Source: Octopus sinensis
Taxonomy: Eukaryota
DNA: 64,000 bases
Direction of reading: 5' to 3'
Assembly: GCF_006345805.1 (NCBI RefSeq)
Contig: NC_043000.1
Span: 58,714,001 to 58,778,000, forward strand
Shown: one piece after another, positions 38,126 to 49,881 of the stretch
Layout of the letters: each line of letters opens with the position of its first letter
Position numbering within the stretch: the stretch's first letter is position 1
The notes under the pieces: model-generated
What the model saw: the letters and a program-made list of their open reading frames with translations, nothing else
Told to the model about the DNA's origin: nothing
The model's database searches: none
Translations under genes and position numbers: made by a program

Positions 38126-39819
38126 ATAAAATGACTTGTTCAACCTATTCTTCTTTGTCATTATAAAAGTCCAGGGATACTTATAAATTTTCAGATATTT
38201 GTCTCTGGCTTACAGCTGTCTGACTGCCAATATCCGCGGATGAGCTAAATGCGGTAAATACCAACAGTGGAAATATACATACTCATGCGTGTGCGTAGGT
38301 ATATCTCACATGCTTTCAACGATGACTTTATACAATCCTTAAACCGTAGTTTAAGACATGTGAGATATGGAAGGAAAGCAACGCTTTTTCTCATCGACAC
38401 CAATAAAGGCACCGATTAAAGGAAAGGGTGGATAGTTTTGGAGAAACACATTTGCATGCTGAACTTAAGAGCGATGCTCGAAAACGCACTGCTAGTGTGG
38501 TGAATGGGGGAAGTTTTGTCTGCAGTATCTGTGGATGTCTATCAAACACACACACACACGCACATACATATACTCTCATACTTTGGTGCTACGGACTAAA
38601 AGGAGGAACATCGGTCCGATGAAGCCGATTGTCCGTAGGTATCGACTCTAAGGTTAGGCTACGTTAGGAGTGGCTTGTATCAACAATTACATTACGAAAG
38701 ACAGAGCAATAAATACAGTACTGTACATTTAATCAAGCACACTATCCAATCTGACAGTGTAAAATACCTGTTCGCTGTAAATATACACTATAATACAGTA
38801 AATTCAACATTTTAAATTTAAAATCAGACTTACCATGGATGGTGAAGAAACGTTGTTAATATGCCGTGATTTTGTCCGCTGCTTCCGAAATCTGTTAAAG
38901 GGAGGTCCGTAGTACTGAGGTATGAGTGTGTATATGTATGTGTGTATGTGTGAGAGACAGACGGACAGACTGATAGAAATAAAAGATGGACAAACATGTG
39001 TATATGGCACAGTACTTTTTTTATATATATATAATTTGCAAAAACGTTAAAAATAGCCAAAATATAACAACTGAAGCGAAAATACTCCAAGATAATTCTT
39101 TACAACTGTTTCAAAGATTCAGCGACTGTTTGTTGCAATACATATTATGTATTACACAAAAACAAGTGGGTCGGGCATACTAATGAAGTAACACGCATCA
39201 AATAAGTAAAAAACAAAATTATAAGAAAAAAACATGTCTCATATGAATCCACGCTATAGGTTTGGTTTTCAGAATTTTTCTTTAGAAGAAAGAGGAGGTA
39301 GAATACCGTTTCTCTGGCAAATAGACTTGTATTTAAGAGTATGGAAACACCAATAAAAGTCGGAGAAAAGTGGGTGGTAAGCGAACTTGTTATCCACATA
39401 GCCATATCTAAGCCTATAGAAAATAGTATGTCCCTTTGTGGGGACGTAGTTTTGTAAATATTTATAATGTTTAAAGATTAAGTTATTCTTAGGATGAAGA
39501 TATGTTAAGTCCTAGTTTATAAGTAAAACAGATGGAGAAGACTATATAAGTTAGTACGAGGAAATTAGGTTAAAATGTGGTTTATAGTTATCTAATGTCT
39601 TTGGAACATATTAATCTATAGTAAAATGTAAACGTTTCAAAAATCAAAAAAGCTATGTGTACAGAATATAATTGCATCCCACTGTTTGTAAACGAGAAAA
39701 TTTCGATTTTCCTGATTCTGGTTATAAAGAATCTTTATAGCCTTTTCATCTCTTGTCCGCTTTTTACTTTTTTGTTTCCGTTTTCTTTGTTCTTTACTTT
39801 CCTCTCTTCTATCCCACCT

Positions 39820-39862
<43 letters not shown>

Positions 39863-42557
39863 TTTCTGTACACTCTAGATCTCACGTTTCTATCATTTGC
39901 CACCCACTTTCCTCCATTTTTTATTGATGTTTCTATACTCATAAATACCAGTCTACTCCTAGATGAATTGTATTCTACCGCTGTTTTCTTCTGAAGAAAA
40001 TTTTGGCAATTTAAAGCCTTTGGCTCAGATTGCTTAAGAGATTTCATGTTTATGTGCTCATAATTTTTTCTATTTATTTGATGTATATTACATCAATATG
40101 CACCACCCGTTTGCATAATACATACAACTCTATCAGTCACAAAAGTTTTGAAACAGTTGTAAAGAACTATCTAGGAGCATTTTTGCTGCAGTTGTTATAG
40201 TTTGGTTATGCTTATATAACATAGTATATAAATGATACAACGGATATTACGCCATACATATGCATTTGTTCATCTTTTAGCATTTTATTTTATGCTTGAG
40301 TTACACAGTTCTTATAGCTGGCTTTTGTTCTGTGAATCATTTTTACTGGATTTTAAGAATTTTGGACTTTTCCAAATAGTAATCTGGTGTTCATCAATTG
40401 TATGCTTATATTAGCACCTCCTCACCCATTGTGTGTATGTGTGTGTGTGTAACACAAAGGAATAGGGGTTTTTAATCCCGGCAGATACTTTATGAGCGCT
40501 TTGTTAAAATCCAGACTAACCATATTGAATATGAGACAACATTTGGAATTACAATTGCAGTTGTACTCGTTTTGATTGGTAAAACCTGAGTTCACATTGA
40601 AGGATTTCATGTAAATTCTAAAGAATATTAGAAAGACAATAAAGAATGATAAATCATACATCTTAAAAATTTTCTCACATATTTATGCATTTATGTGTGT
40701 GAGTATTGATGTACATTATATGCCTATGTATATACACACACACAAATACACATGAGAGAAGAAAGAGAGACAGAGAGACAGACAAAAATGATAGGACAAG
40801 AGCAATGTAAAGAGCTGTAAATCAGAGAATGCTATTCTATTAAGGATCAAGAAATGCAATGAGTGAGTATGTAGGGTGTCAGTGATTTCACTTAGTAAGA
40901 GGAAGATAGTATTTGAATGGGTGTTAGGAAGGTTATATTATGTGTATATCTGTGAAAGTACAAGTATGTATTTTTGCTGGGTAGTATGAAAATGTGCACG
41001 AGAGGCTTAGTGAGCAAATATTTGTAACTAGATGTGCAAAGGTGATGACATGGCAGTATGCAATATAAAGTGTTCTTGTCTGTATGTGTATAAGTAATTC
41101 AAAAACATATTGTGGTAGACAAACATGAGTGTTGTCCATAGTTAGCATCTGTATGTAAATTAGAAAATACTGGCATAAAAAGAGTATTTTTACATGAAAA
41201 AACAAAGGTTAAAGAATTTAAGTCTGAGGGTGAATATCCGAGATAGTAAAAGTCCAAGAGCATGGATCCAAGACAGTAAAATATCCAGTAAAATAATGTT
41301 CCTGACCACCACACGCATAACTTTAATACTGGCCCAGATACTACCACTACTTCTCACAATAGCAACATTTATCCCAGTAACTATTATTGTTTAAGGAATA
41401 ATGTGAAAAGTGTTGGTAGGAGGATGCAAATTGCATGGTCTGATAAAAAAAAAAAATAAAAAAACTGGGACCAAAAATCAGATTAAATGGAAGGTAGACT
41501 TCATAGCAGTATCATATGCATTGACCTAATATCCATTAAGCACAATCAGAGCATAGATTATCTCAAAACACCTGGACTGCTTTCCATAAGCAGTCAATAA
41601 CTTTTGTGACATAATCAATTATCTCTACTAGCAACAAAGGGCTTCTCTTTGAGGGCAAAGGGCAGATTTTATAATGCTTGTGTGAAGTGCAATGCTGTCT
41701 AGCAGCATGACATACATGCCGATTGTCAACATGAATGCAAAGGACTTGTGAATACAAGAAAGAAAGGAAGCAAGTATGCTTTGCTGGGTACATAATGTTA
41801 AGTGCATTAATATCAGAGTACAAATGAAATGAGAGGAAAACCAGATAAATATGAATCAAATGTAGAGTGTAAGAGAAAAGACTGCACTAGTACAATATGT
41901 GACATATGGAGGAGGGCAATTGTATAGGGAAGTGCCAAATGCTTAGAATCAATGGAGCTTGTGGAGGTGGGAGACTCAGGAAAATTAATCTCAAGTTATT
42001 ACAATTCACAAAGGGGATGACAAAAGATAGTGTTGACTGGTAGTACACAGTGTTGGAGAAGCTGAACTACCTGTGCAAGCTTCATGAAATATATACTAAA
42101 ATGGGGAGTGATGAAAGCTGCAATATACTTATTCAACATCTTGGCTTTTCACCAAATTCATACTGAGTTACCATCTGCTGTCCTCCTTACCTATTCAGCA
42201 GACTTTCATCTGCCACCCATCTACATAAAATATGTTCACACTCAATCTCTTTTTACACATATCTTGTTATCCCTCTCTCCATTCAAATAAGTATCTGTCC
42301 AGCTTTTCTGAACATATATGAAGACATAAGACACATAGATAGATACATACAATACAGATAAATACTACATGCACACACACTATATATATATGATAGATAC
42401 ATATAATACACATAAATACTATGTGTACACACACACGTCCAACCCATGCTAGCATGGAAAACGGACGCTAAACGATGATGATGATGATGATGATGATGAT
42501 ATATATATGAAAAAACAAGTCAAGATAGAAAATGCTAAAATAATTTTATAAAGAACA

Positions 42558-42601
42558 TTTCAGTACCGGTTTCGGTCATTTTGAGACCTTTTCAACTGTA
42601 A
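42558..42601 (-). ncRNA. minimal type I hammerhead ribozyme, U3-A8 variant
   Basis: Exact reverse complement of the motif at 43765. Confidence 0.75.
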
Positions 42602-43268
42602 CGATTAAATAATTAAATTTAGAAAAATTAAAAGAAAAGTTTTTTTAAAGGAATATTTGTATAGTGTTCAAATATAAGTGGTATTCTGCCTTTCTCTGTC
42701 TCCCTTGTTTGCACTTGTGTGTTCGAGGTCGTTGTGAATTCTTGGTAGGGTAGAAGAAGAAGAAGGTTGATGAAGAGAGGGGGTGGAAAAATTTGGAAGT
42801 GCCTTGATTGTCGTATTTTAAATGGTCAGTGACGGCTAGCAGTTGCAGTTCAATTCAGGAGAATATTTCTATTGAAAGGTTTGTTTATGGAATTTGCGTA
42901 GGTGTTATACAAAAAAGTATTAGTGATAAAGTTAAGAGGTAGAAGGTGGAGCAGAAGAAAAAGAAGAAGATGACGATGTTGATGATGAAGAAGAAGAAGA
43001 AGAAGAAGAAGATGATGATGGTGATGATGATGACAACGATGATGATGATAATGATGATGATGAAGAAGAAGAGGAAGAAGAAGAAAAAAGAGGAGGAAGA
43101 AGAAGAAAAAAGAGAAGGGAGAATATGAATGAGTGGAAGTAGTGAGGTGTTGTATGACTTGAAGTTGGCACGTTATGGATTATAGCTGTGATTGGGGCTG
43201 ATTTGTAATGGATTCTTTGGAATGTAATATTTGCGTGTGTATTTCTGTTATTCTAAAGCTGAGGTGTA

Positions 43269-43524
43269 TTAATCGTTTGTCGTAGACCCGTTAAGAAGTG
43301 GCCTGTATTTTGTAATAAAGAGAGTTTCTTTACTTATTCGTTGTCTCGAGGTTGTATCGTCCCTAAATTGGTAGAGGAGGAAAATCCTGAAGCCTGGTGT
43401 TTTGTTGTTGGCGCAAGTATCTATATGTTGGCTGAAACCTATTTTTCTGTTTTTGGGGAATTTTTATCTGGGATCTGTGCAGGGCCATTCTTTTATGCAA
43501 ACTATTTTTTGTTTGGCCTATGTA
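43269..43524 (-). pseudogene. PLE GIY-YIG endonuclease C-terminal fragment (one frameshift)
   Basis: YIGQTKNSLHKRMALHRSQI... / FSQHIDTCANN...FRIFLLYQF...RISKETLFITKYRPLLN*. Confidence 0.85.
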
Positions 43525-43764
43525 CTGCTAGCCGTCACTGACCATTCAAAATACGACAATAAAGGCACTCCCAATTTTTCCACCCCCTCTCCTCATCAAC
43601 CTTCTTCTTCTTCTACCCTACCAAGAATTCACAATGACCTCGAACACACAAGTACAAACAAGGGAGACAGAGAAAGGCAGAATGCCACTTATATTTGAAC
43701 ACTATACAAATATTCCTTTAAAAAAACTTTTCTTTTAATTTTTCTAAATTTAATCATTTAATCG

Positions 43765-43808
43765 TTACAGTTGAAAAGGTCTCAAAATGACCGAAACCGG
43801 TACTGAAA
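43765..43808 (+). ncRNA. minimal type I hammerhead ribozyme, U3-A8 variant
   Basis: TTACAG-TTGAAAA-GGTC(tcaaaat)GACC-GAAA-C-CG-G-TA-CTGAAA. Stem II is 4 bp starting G-C, stem III is palindromic (ACCGGT), GUA site after 43802. Confidence 0.75.
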
Positions 43809-43890
43809 TGTTCTTTATAAAATTATTTTAGCATTTTCTATCTTGACTTGTTTTTTCATATATATCAACTCGTGTGTTCCTTTTCACCTT

Positions 43891-44001
<111 letters not shown>

Positions 44002-44206
44002 ATATATATATATATATATAAACATATGAATTTAGTAGCAAATACATGATGTATTTAAGTACACATGGTGTTACTGTAACTATTGTTGTAATACAGTTCT
44101 ATATTTAAGAAAAGAGGAATTATGTACATTATTTATATTTGACGGATATTTGTCCTCATCTTTTTTGTTGTTAAGAGTAGCCAGCACTCTTAACCACTAC
44201 ACCCAC

Positions 44207-44460
44207 GGGCATATGGCGTAGTGGTTAAGAGTGTGGGCTACTAACCCCAAGATTCCGAGTTCGATTCCAGGCAGTGACCTTAACAATAATAATAATAATA
44301 ATAACAACATCAAAAAATACCTTAGGGATGAGAACCCGGGTTCAAAATTTCCCCAAGACACCTGATGAAGGCAGGATGGTATAACAGCCGAAACGTTGTG
44401 TTAACAACAAACAAGATGAGGACAAATATCCATCATATATAAATAATGTAAATAATATAT
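44207..44460 (+). mobile_element. tRNA-headed SINE-like element containing a hammerhead motif, with an inverted partial copy at 44110-44203
   Basis: A box TGGCGTAGTGG (44214-24), B box GTTCGATTCC (44259-68), (AAT)n linker, HHR at 44357-44402, AT-rich tail. Confidence 0.75.
44357..44402 (+). ncRNA. minimal type I hammerhead ribozyme motif
   Basis: GACAC-CTGATGA-A-GGC(14 nt)GCC-GAAA-CG-TT-GTGTT. Stem I 5 bp, palindromic ACGT stem III, GUU site after 44397. Confidence 0.7.
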
Positions 44461-44616
44461 TATTGTAATACTTCCTACCTGCCCCAGCAAGACATCAATG
44501 AGTTTTTCCAGCAATACATTATTATAGTTATACATCCATAACTTTGATATTGACAACAAATTCACAATAGCAAATTTGCAAGATAAGCCACACAAGCCTG
44601 AATATTTTTTTCAAAT

Positions 44617-44622
44617 TTTATT
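44617..44622 (-). terminator. probable NIPBL polyadenylation signal AATAAA
   Basis: AATAAA on the minus strand at the end of a ~1 kb AU-rich segment after the stop codon. Position not confirmed by transcript data. Confidence 0.5.
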
Positions 44623-45581
44623 TCTTACAAATTAATACTAGTTTTAAGTTTTCCTGTGGAATCTTTTCTTTCTTTTTTTCTTTTTTTTTTTGTTTCTTTG
44701 CTTTCAGTAAACTATACAGTATGAAAATTTAATTTTAACATTTACAGCATCATAACAAACAGTACAACTTGCCATCTTCTTTCAGAAGACAAGGCTTTAG
44801 TTTTGATCCACTGTTTTCAGACATCTTTGGTGCTGTAGGGACTATAAAAAATGGACATATTCACAAATAAATACATATAACTTTACAGATGGCAAATGGA
44901 TGAAAGTTTACAGCTGATGTTTGATGAAAATGTCAAATGAAATGTCCAAATGATTTTTGGAGTTGAATTTCTTTCATTAGTCTTCTGTAATGTGGTAATA
45001 ACTTCCACATTACATATATAAATATATATATTTATATACAGGTCACATTTTGTTTGCTTGTTGCTGATGCTATTTTCTTTTTGTTTTGTTTTTTTTTATA
45101 AGTTGTCCTTTAACAAACATATATATATACACACATATATATATATATATGTTCATAGTATTTTTTAAAAAGTTGTTGGATTGTGATTGTTGCAGATGCA
45201 CTTATATACACTGTGCATGTGTGCATGGTTGTTTGTATGGATGCATGTATATGTGTGTGTACATGTGCGTTTGTGGATTCTGTGTGTCTTGGTAGCTGTG
45301 AGTTATCACTGGTTGATGAGATTTCAGAGACTTCCGTGTATGCAGTCTCCAAAAACAATGATGAATATATTAATGGATGGGTAGTTCTTTTAAAGTCTTT
45401 TGGTATGAGACGAATGAAGATGCACTGAAAATGATGATGCCATTGGCAGCAGCAAACAGATGATCTGCAGTTTTTTTTTTGTTTTGTTTTGTTTTTTTCT
45501 TGAGAAGAAATAAACTTTTTTGGATGTGAGAAGTAAAACCAAGAAAATGAGAGAAACAAACAGTAAATTATTCCAACACTA

Positions 45582-45785
45582 TCAAGCCACAAAATCTGGA
45601 TCATCTTCACTGTCACTATCCTCTTCACTTTCACTAAATCTCCGTCGACGTTTCTTCTTGGGCTTTTTCTTTGGTGGTTGGGATGGGGGAGGTGTGGGCG
45701 TTGGTTTGGATTTGGGAGTCATTTTAATTCTTTTCTTTTTCTCAAGTAATACAGCATACTTGTGAGACCGTGTTGTATGTTGTGG
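45582..45785 (-). CDS. NIPBL: NIPBL terminal coding exon (PQHTTRSHK...[25 protein letters not shown])
   Basis: Pyrimidine-rich TTTCTTTCAG acceptor, phase 0, 67 codons then TGA. Basic then acidic tail. Confidence 0.82.
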   Translation of the reverse strand, partial: PQHTTRSHKYAVLLEKKKRIKMTPKSKPTPTPPPSQPPKKKPKKKRRRRFSESEEDSDSEDDPDFVA

Positions 45786-47960
45786 CTGAAAGAAAGGAAA
45801 TAATTAGAGAAAGAAGACAAAGTATGACAGCCCCACAAAAAAAACTTAGTTGGATCAAAAAAAACAAGAATGGTGGAGGAGGAGGAGGACATCGAAATCA
45901 TTTGTTTAGAATATACTTTACATGGAACCATTCATTAACCATGGTTTACCAAGAACGTGATTTATAGCTTTTTAATATTTTTCGAACTGCATTTCTATGC
46001 CAGTATAGATAGAACTGTTCAACAAGTTTACACACTTTCACTGGAGATGGTTTACAAACTCTCGTTTACAGAACTGGATTGGAGATTAGATTAACAGACT
46101 AATAAGAACTTTAATAAAATAACTTTAAAAGAGAGAAGAGTAAAATGGCAATTTTGAATTTTGTTTATCATTGTTGCTCAGCACTAGGTCAGTTATGAAT
46201 GAACAGACCTATGATTAAAAAGTGTTGAAGCCATGGCTATTTCTGCCAGGACTGTCCTACTTGTCTCAAGAATTGCATATCTAAGACAACATTATCCAAT
46301 ATGTTCTTTTCTTTTGAAAATATTAGAATATAATCAAAGAGACCTGGCTGTTAATTCTATTAGTTTAAGTAAACATGTAGAGGCTCTCTTGTTGATTTGA
46401 AACAACATATATAGAAGATGATGATCACTCTCGAAGTCACAACCAAGAATTTGTAAAACACAAATATTTAAAAATGATTATGAAACTGAAGAGTAAATAA
46501 ATAATTTTGCATTCTTATAGTTCTACAAATGCCATTACACTCCTTGTTTTTTTCAACAATTTTCATATACTATACAGGAGAGGTGTGTGGCTTAGTGATT
46601 GAACTCACGATCGTAAGATTATGGTTTCAATTCCTGGACAAGGTGATACATTGTGCTCTTGAGAAAAGGATTTCACCTCACATTGCTCTACTCCACTTGC
46701 TAGCAAAAATAAGAAATCCTGCAACAGACCAACATCCCACCCAGTGGGGAATGTACATGCCACAGAACCCATGAAAGCCTATGATTCAGGAAGGACCTGA
46801 TCCTCCTCCTTCAATATACACTATGATAGCTATGTCAGAGTAGTTTTTACCCACTGGCTGAAGGGTTAACCTTTATTCCAACACAAATACTGTAGTACAT
46901 CTCTGACAAAGGTATTTTAACATACTACTGGCCCAAGACACTACTGCAAGTAGGACTTTATCCCTTTAGCATTCAGACTACTCAGTCAAATGTAATGTTT
47001 AGTTATTCACATTGTTTTGAATTAATTATGCATTACCTAGTGGCTTTAAGATTTCAATGAGGTGATTGTTTAATTTTAGAATGACATTGTAAGGTAGATG
47101 TGAGAGGTTAGATATAGCTGATTTGAACATAAACCATCTGAAATATTTGGGCCAAATATGGTCAGTATAAATGGTAAAGGGTTATATAGATAACAAGCAT
47201 TATTTAAAAAAAGAAAACTACTTATAAGTACAAATATACCTTTGGTTTGATACCATCACTCCCATCAGAAATTTTATCAACAATAGTTGATTTTTCTGGT
47301 GTTTTATCAACTCCATCTTCCTTTTCTGCTGGCTTTTTGGGTATAGGAGATGCTCTTCCTGTACTCTTGTTATCATCAGAGTCATTGTCATCAGGTGGAT
47401 CAATACTCAACATTAAATGCTTAAACTAAAAAAAAAAGAAAAGAAATAAAACAGTTTAATCTGTAAATAATCAGATTTATTCAGGAAATAAGTTTTCTGT
47501 CTTTTATTTTAGCAAAACTATTGAATGTATTAAATGAATGCAATGACTAAAAATTACAAGAATTCAAACAATATATTTTTAAATGTATCATACATACAAA
47601 TACTCCTTAGTAGTAACATTTTAGGTAAAAAAAATTTCTACTCCAATGATGATGATAATAAGAACAATAATGACTTCAAATTTTGGCACAAGGCCAGGAA
47701 GTAATGGGGTGGGTACATCAATTACATCAACCTCAGTGCTCAACTGGTACTTACTTTATCAACCCTGAAAGGATGAAAGGTAAAGCCGATTTTGACAGAA
47801 ATAATAATAATAAGATTGATCGATTGATTGATTGATTGATTGATGATTGATTGATTGATTGGTTGTTGTTGTTGTTGATGATGATGATGATGATATAAAT
47901 CATCATCATCAACATAATAATTATAAATCATCATCATCATCATAATAATTATAAATCATC

Positions 47961-48008
<48 letters not shown>

Positions 48009-49818
48009 CTTTCTACTAAAGGCACAAGTCCTGAAATTTTGGGGGATTGGGTAAGTTGATTACATCGAACCCAGTACTAAACTGGTACTTATTTTATTGG
48101 CCCACCCAAAAGGATGAAAGGTATTAATTATAACACATACTTTTATTATTCAGTTGACAGAAGAAATATTATTCTAGAGTTCGGTAAAGAAAGTAACTTG
48201 GAATAAAACAAAGATTAAAAATGCTCTTACATCTAAATATTCTTCAACCAATTTCCTTCGGGCTTCCCTCTCAACTAACTTTTCTGTACCTTTTTTCAAT
48301 AATTCTATAGTTGATGTTGGTGTAAATTCAACACAAAATTTCCGAGACAACGGTTTGTCATAAATTTTGGCTGCTTCTGTTGGGGAGTACCGGTATATTT
48401 TGCTGAAATTAGAAAATAAATTTATGTTATTTTTCAATGTTATTGTATATTACCATAATAAAATATAAAACTTAAAAAAAAAGATTTATTTAATATACTA
48501 TCATCAACATCAACCTCACTTATGTGGTATTTCATACTAGCATGGGTTTGATGGTTTGACAGGATTCAATGAGTCAGAAGACCAAAAAGAGCCCCAACAT
48601 CTGCTTTTTCATGGCACCAGCACTAGTAAGATTGCTTTGCAACTTGTAAGACTAAGGGAGTAAACAGACCCTTGTAAATGAAAGAAAATAGCAGAGAAAG
48701 AGTCTAATGATTCTAGGCAGGAGTAGAGAAGGTAATGTAGACACTACTAGGGCGGGAAGTACGGATGAGAAAGGGGATAGGGAATAGGAAAGAAATTAGT
48801 GAGAAAAGGAGGGACAAAGGGCTAAGTCTAATAAGATAGGGGAATTTCATGGCTAAACCACATTATAAAATGAGTATGAATGTAAGTTACAAGGTAAAGG
48901 GGACATGGAAGACAAAATTAGATAGACATAGCAAAGACTTGGAGAGAAATACTGAAGAGGAGAGGTGTAAGGGTCGTGGGGGTAGGCTAAAGATGGAGAG
49001 ATGAGAGTGTGTTGAGGTGGTGGTGGAGCTATAGAAAACGAATAGGTGGGGAGAAGCAGTGCATACAGCAAGAGCAGAGTTCACAGAAAAACAAACTATA
49101 ATAACTAATAACAACAGGAGAGTAAAACCCTATAGTGAATTCCTCCCCTCTGGTCACCTTCCCATTATAAACACACTTACGTTGTCACTTCAACCTCGGT
49201 TTACTAGACCTGTCAGTATACCATCTATTAGCCCTCAAATAATCTACTGCTTCTAAACATTCACCACCCCTCACTAAACTACTGAATTATTTCAACAGAT
49301 AACTATCCCAATTTATAGAAATGTGTGAGTGTGCTTCATCAAGAAGAGCAACACCACATAAATCTGAACTACTTTTCTATTTTCACCATCTTATATGTGG
49401 GGAAAATAGTAAAGAGACACAACTTTTATTATTTTGAATACCTTCACCTCATTGACTGCTGGCAGTTTTCCTAGACCCATAACTACCAAAAGTATTATCC
49501 TTACGCTATTCTCAGATGTTCCCTGGACCCTGATAACTTCAATGAAAGCAATAACATAGACTTCAACATTCTTAGAGTTGTCTATTTTAGTCACTACTTG
49601 TTTCTTATCATGTCAGACCACTTCATAGTATCAAGAGTCCTCACTCAAACATATTCTTACAAATTTTGATGCACTTCAGAATTCTGTAATTCTTTTATAT
49701 AATTCTTGTTTTTTTTTTTTTTTAACAAATCAAGAATTGTCTACATTACTTTTAACCAATATAGATAATACAACTTTTCTTAGTTTAATAACTTTTCACC
49801 CATACAGGCATCCACATG

Positions 49819-49881
<63 letters not shown>

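Larger units (their letters stand above)
42501..43865 (-). mobile_element. 5'-truncated Penelope-like element with inverted pLTR (arms 42501-42843 and 43524-43865)
   Basis: ~343-bp inverted arms differing at about ten positions by eye. The spacer contains a GIY-YIG C-terminus. Both arms carry an HHR. Confidence 0.9.

Noticed and set aside
39307-39413. WLRYG resemblance to SWEET/MtN3 transporters
   Set aside because: The following residues are not a transmembrane helix and no other SWEET motifs are nearby.
44207-44279. tRNA-like sequences here and at 24081, 24914 and 51700-51776 as tRNA genes
   Set aside because: Acceptor and anticodon stems do not pair properly, and each continues into a SINE body.
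44401-44595. Minus-strand ORF with a CAG|GTAGGA donor just past the poly(A) signal
   Set aside because: It runs into the SINE tail, has no recognisable homology and has no supported partner exon.
45719-45931. 70-aa ORF as an extra NIPBL exon
   Set aside because: Different frame from the terminal exon, no good splice pair and no NIPBL similarity. Treated as intron.
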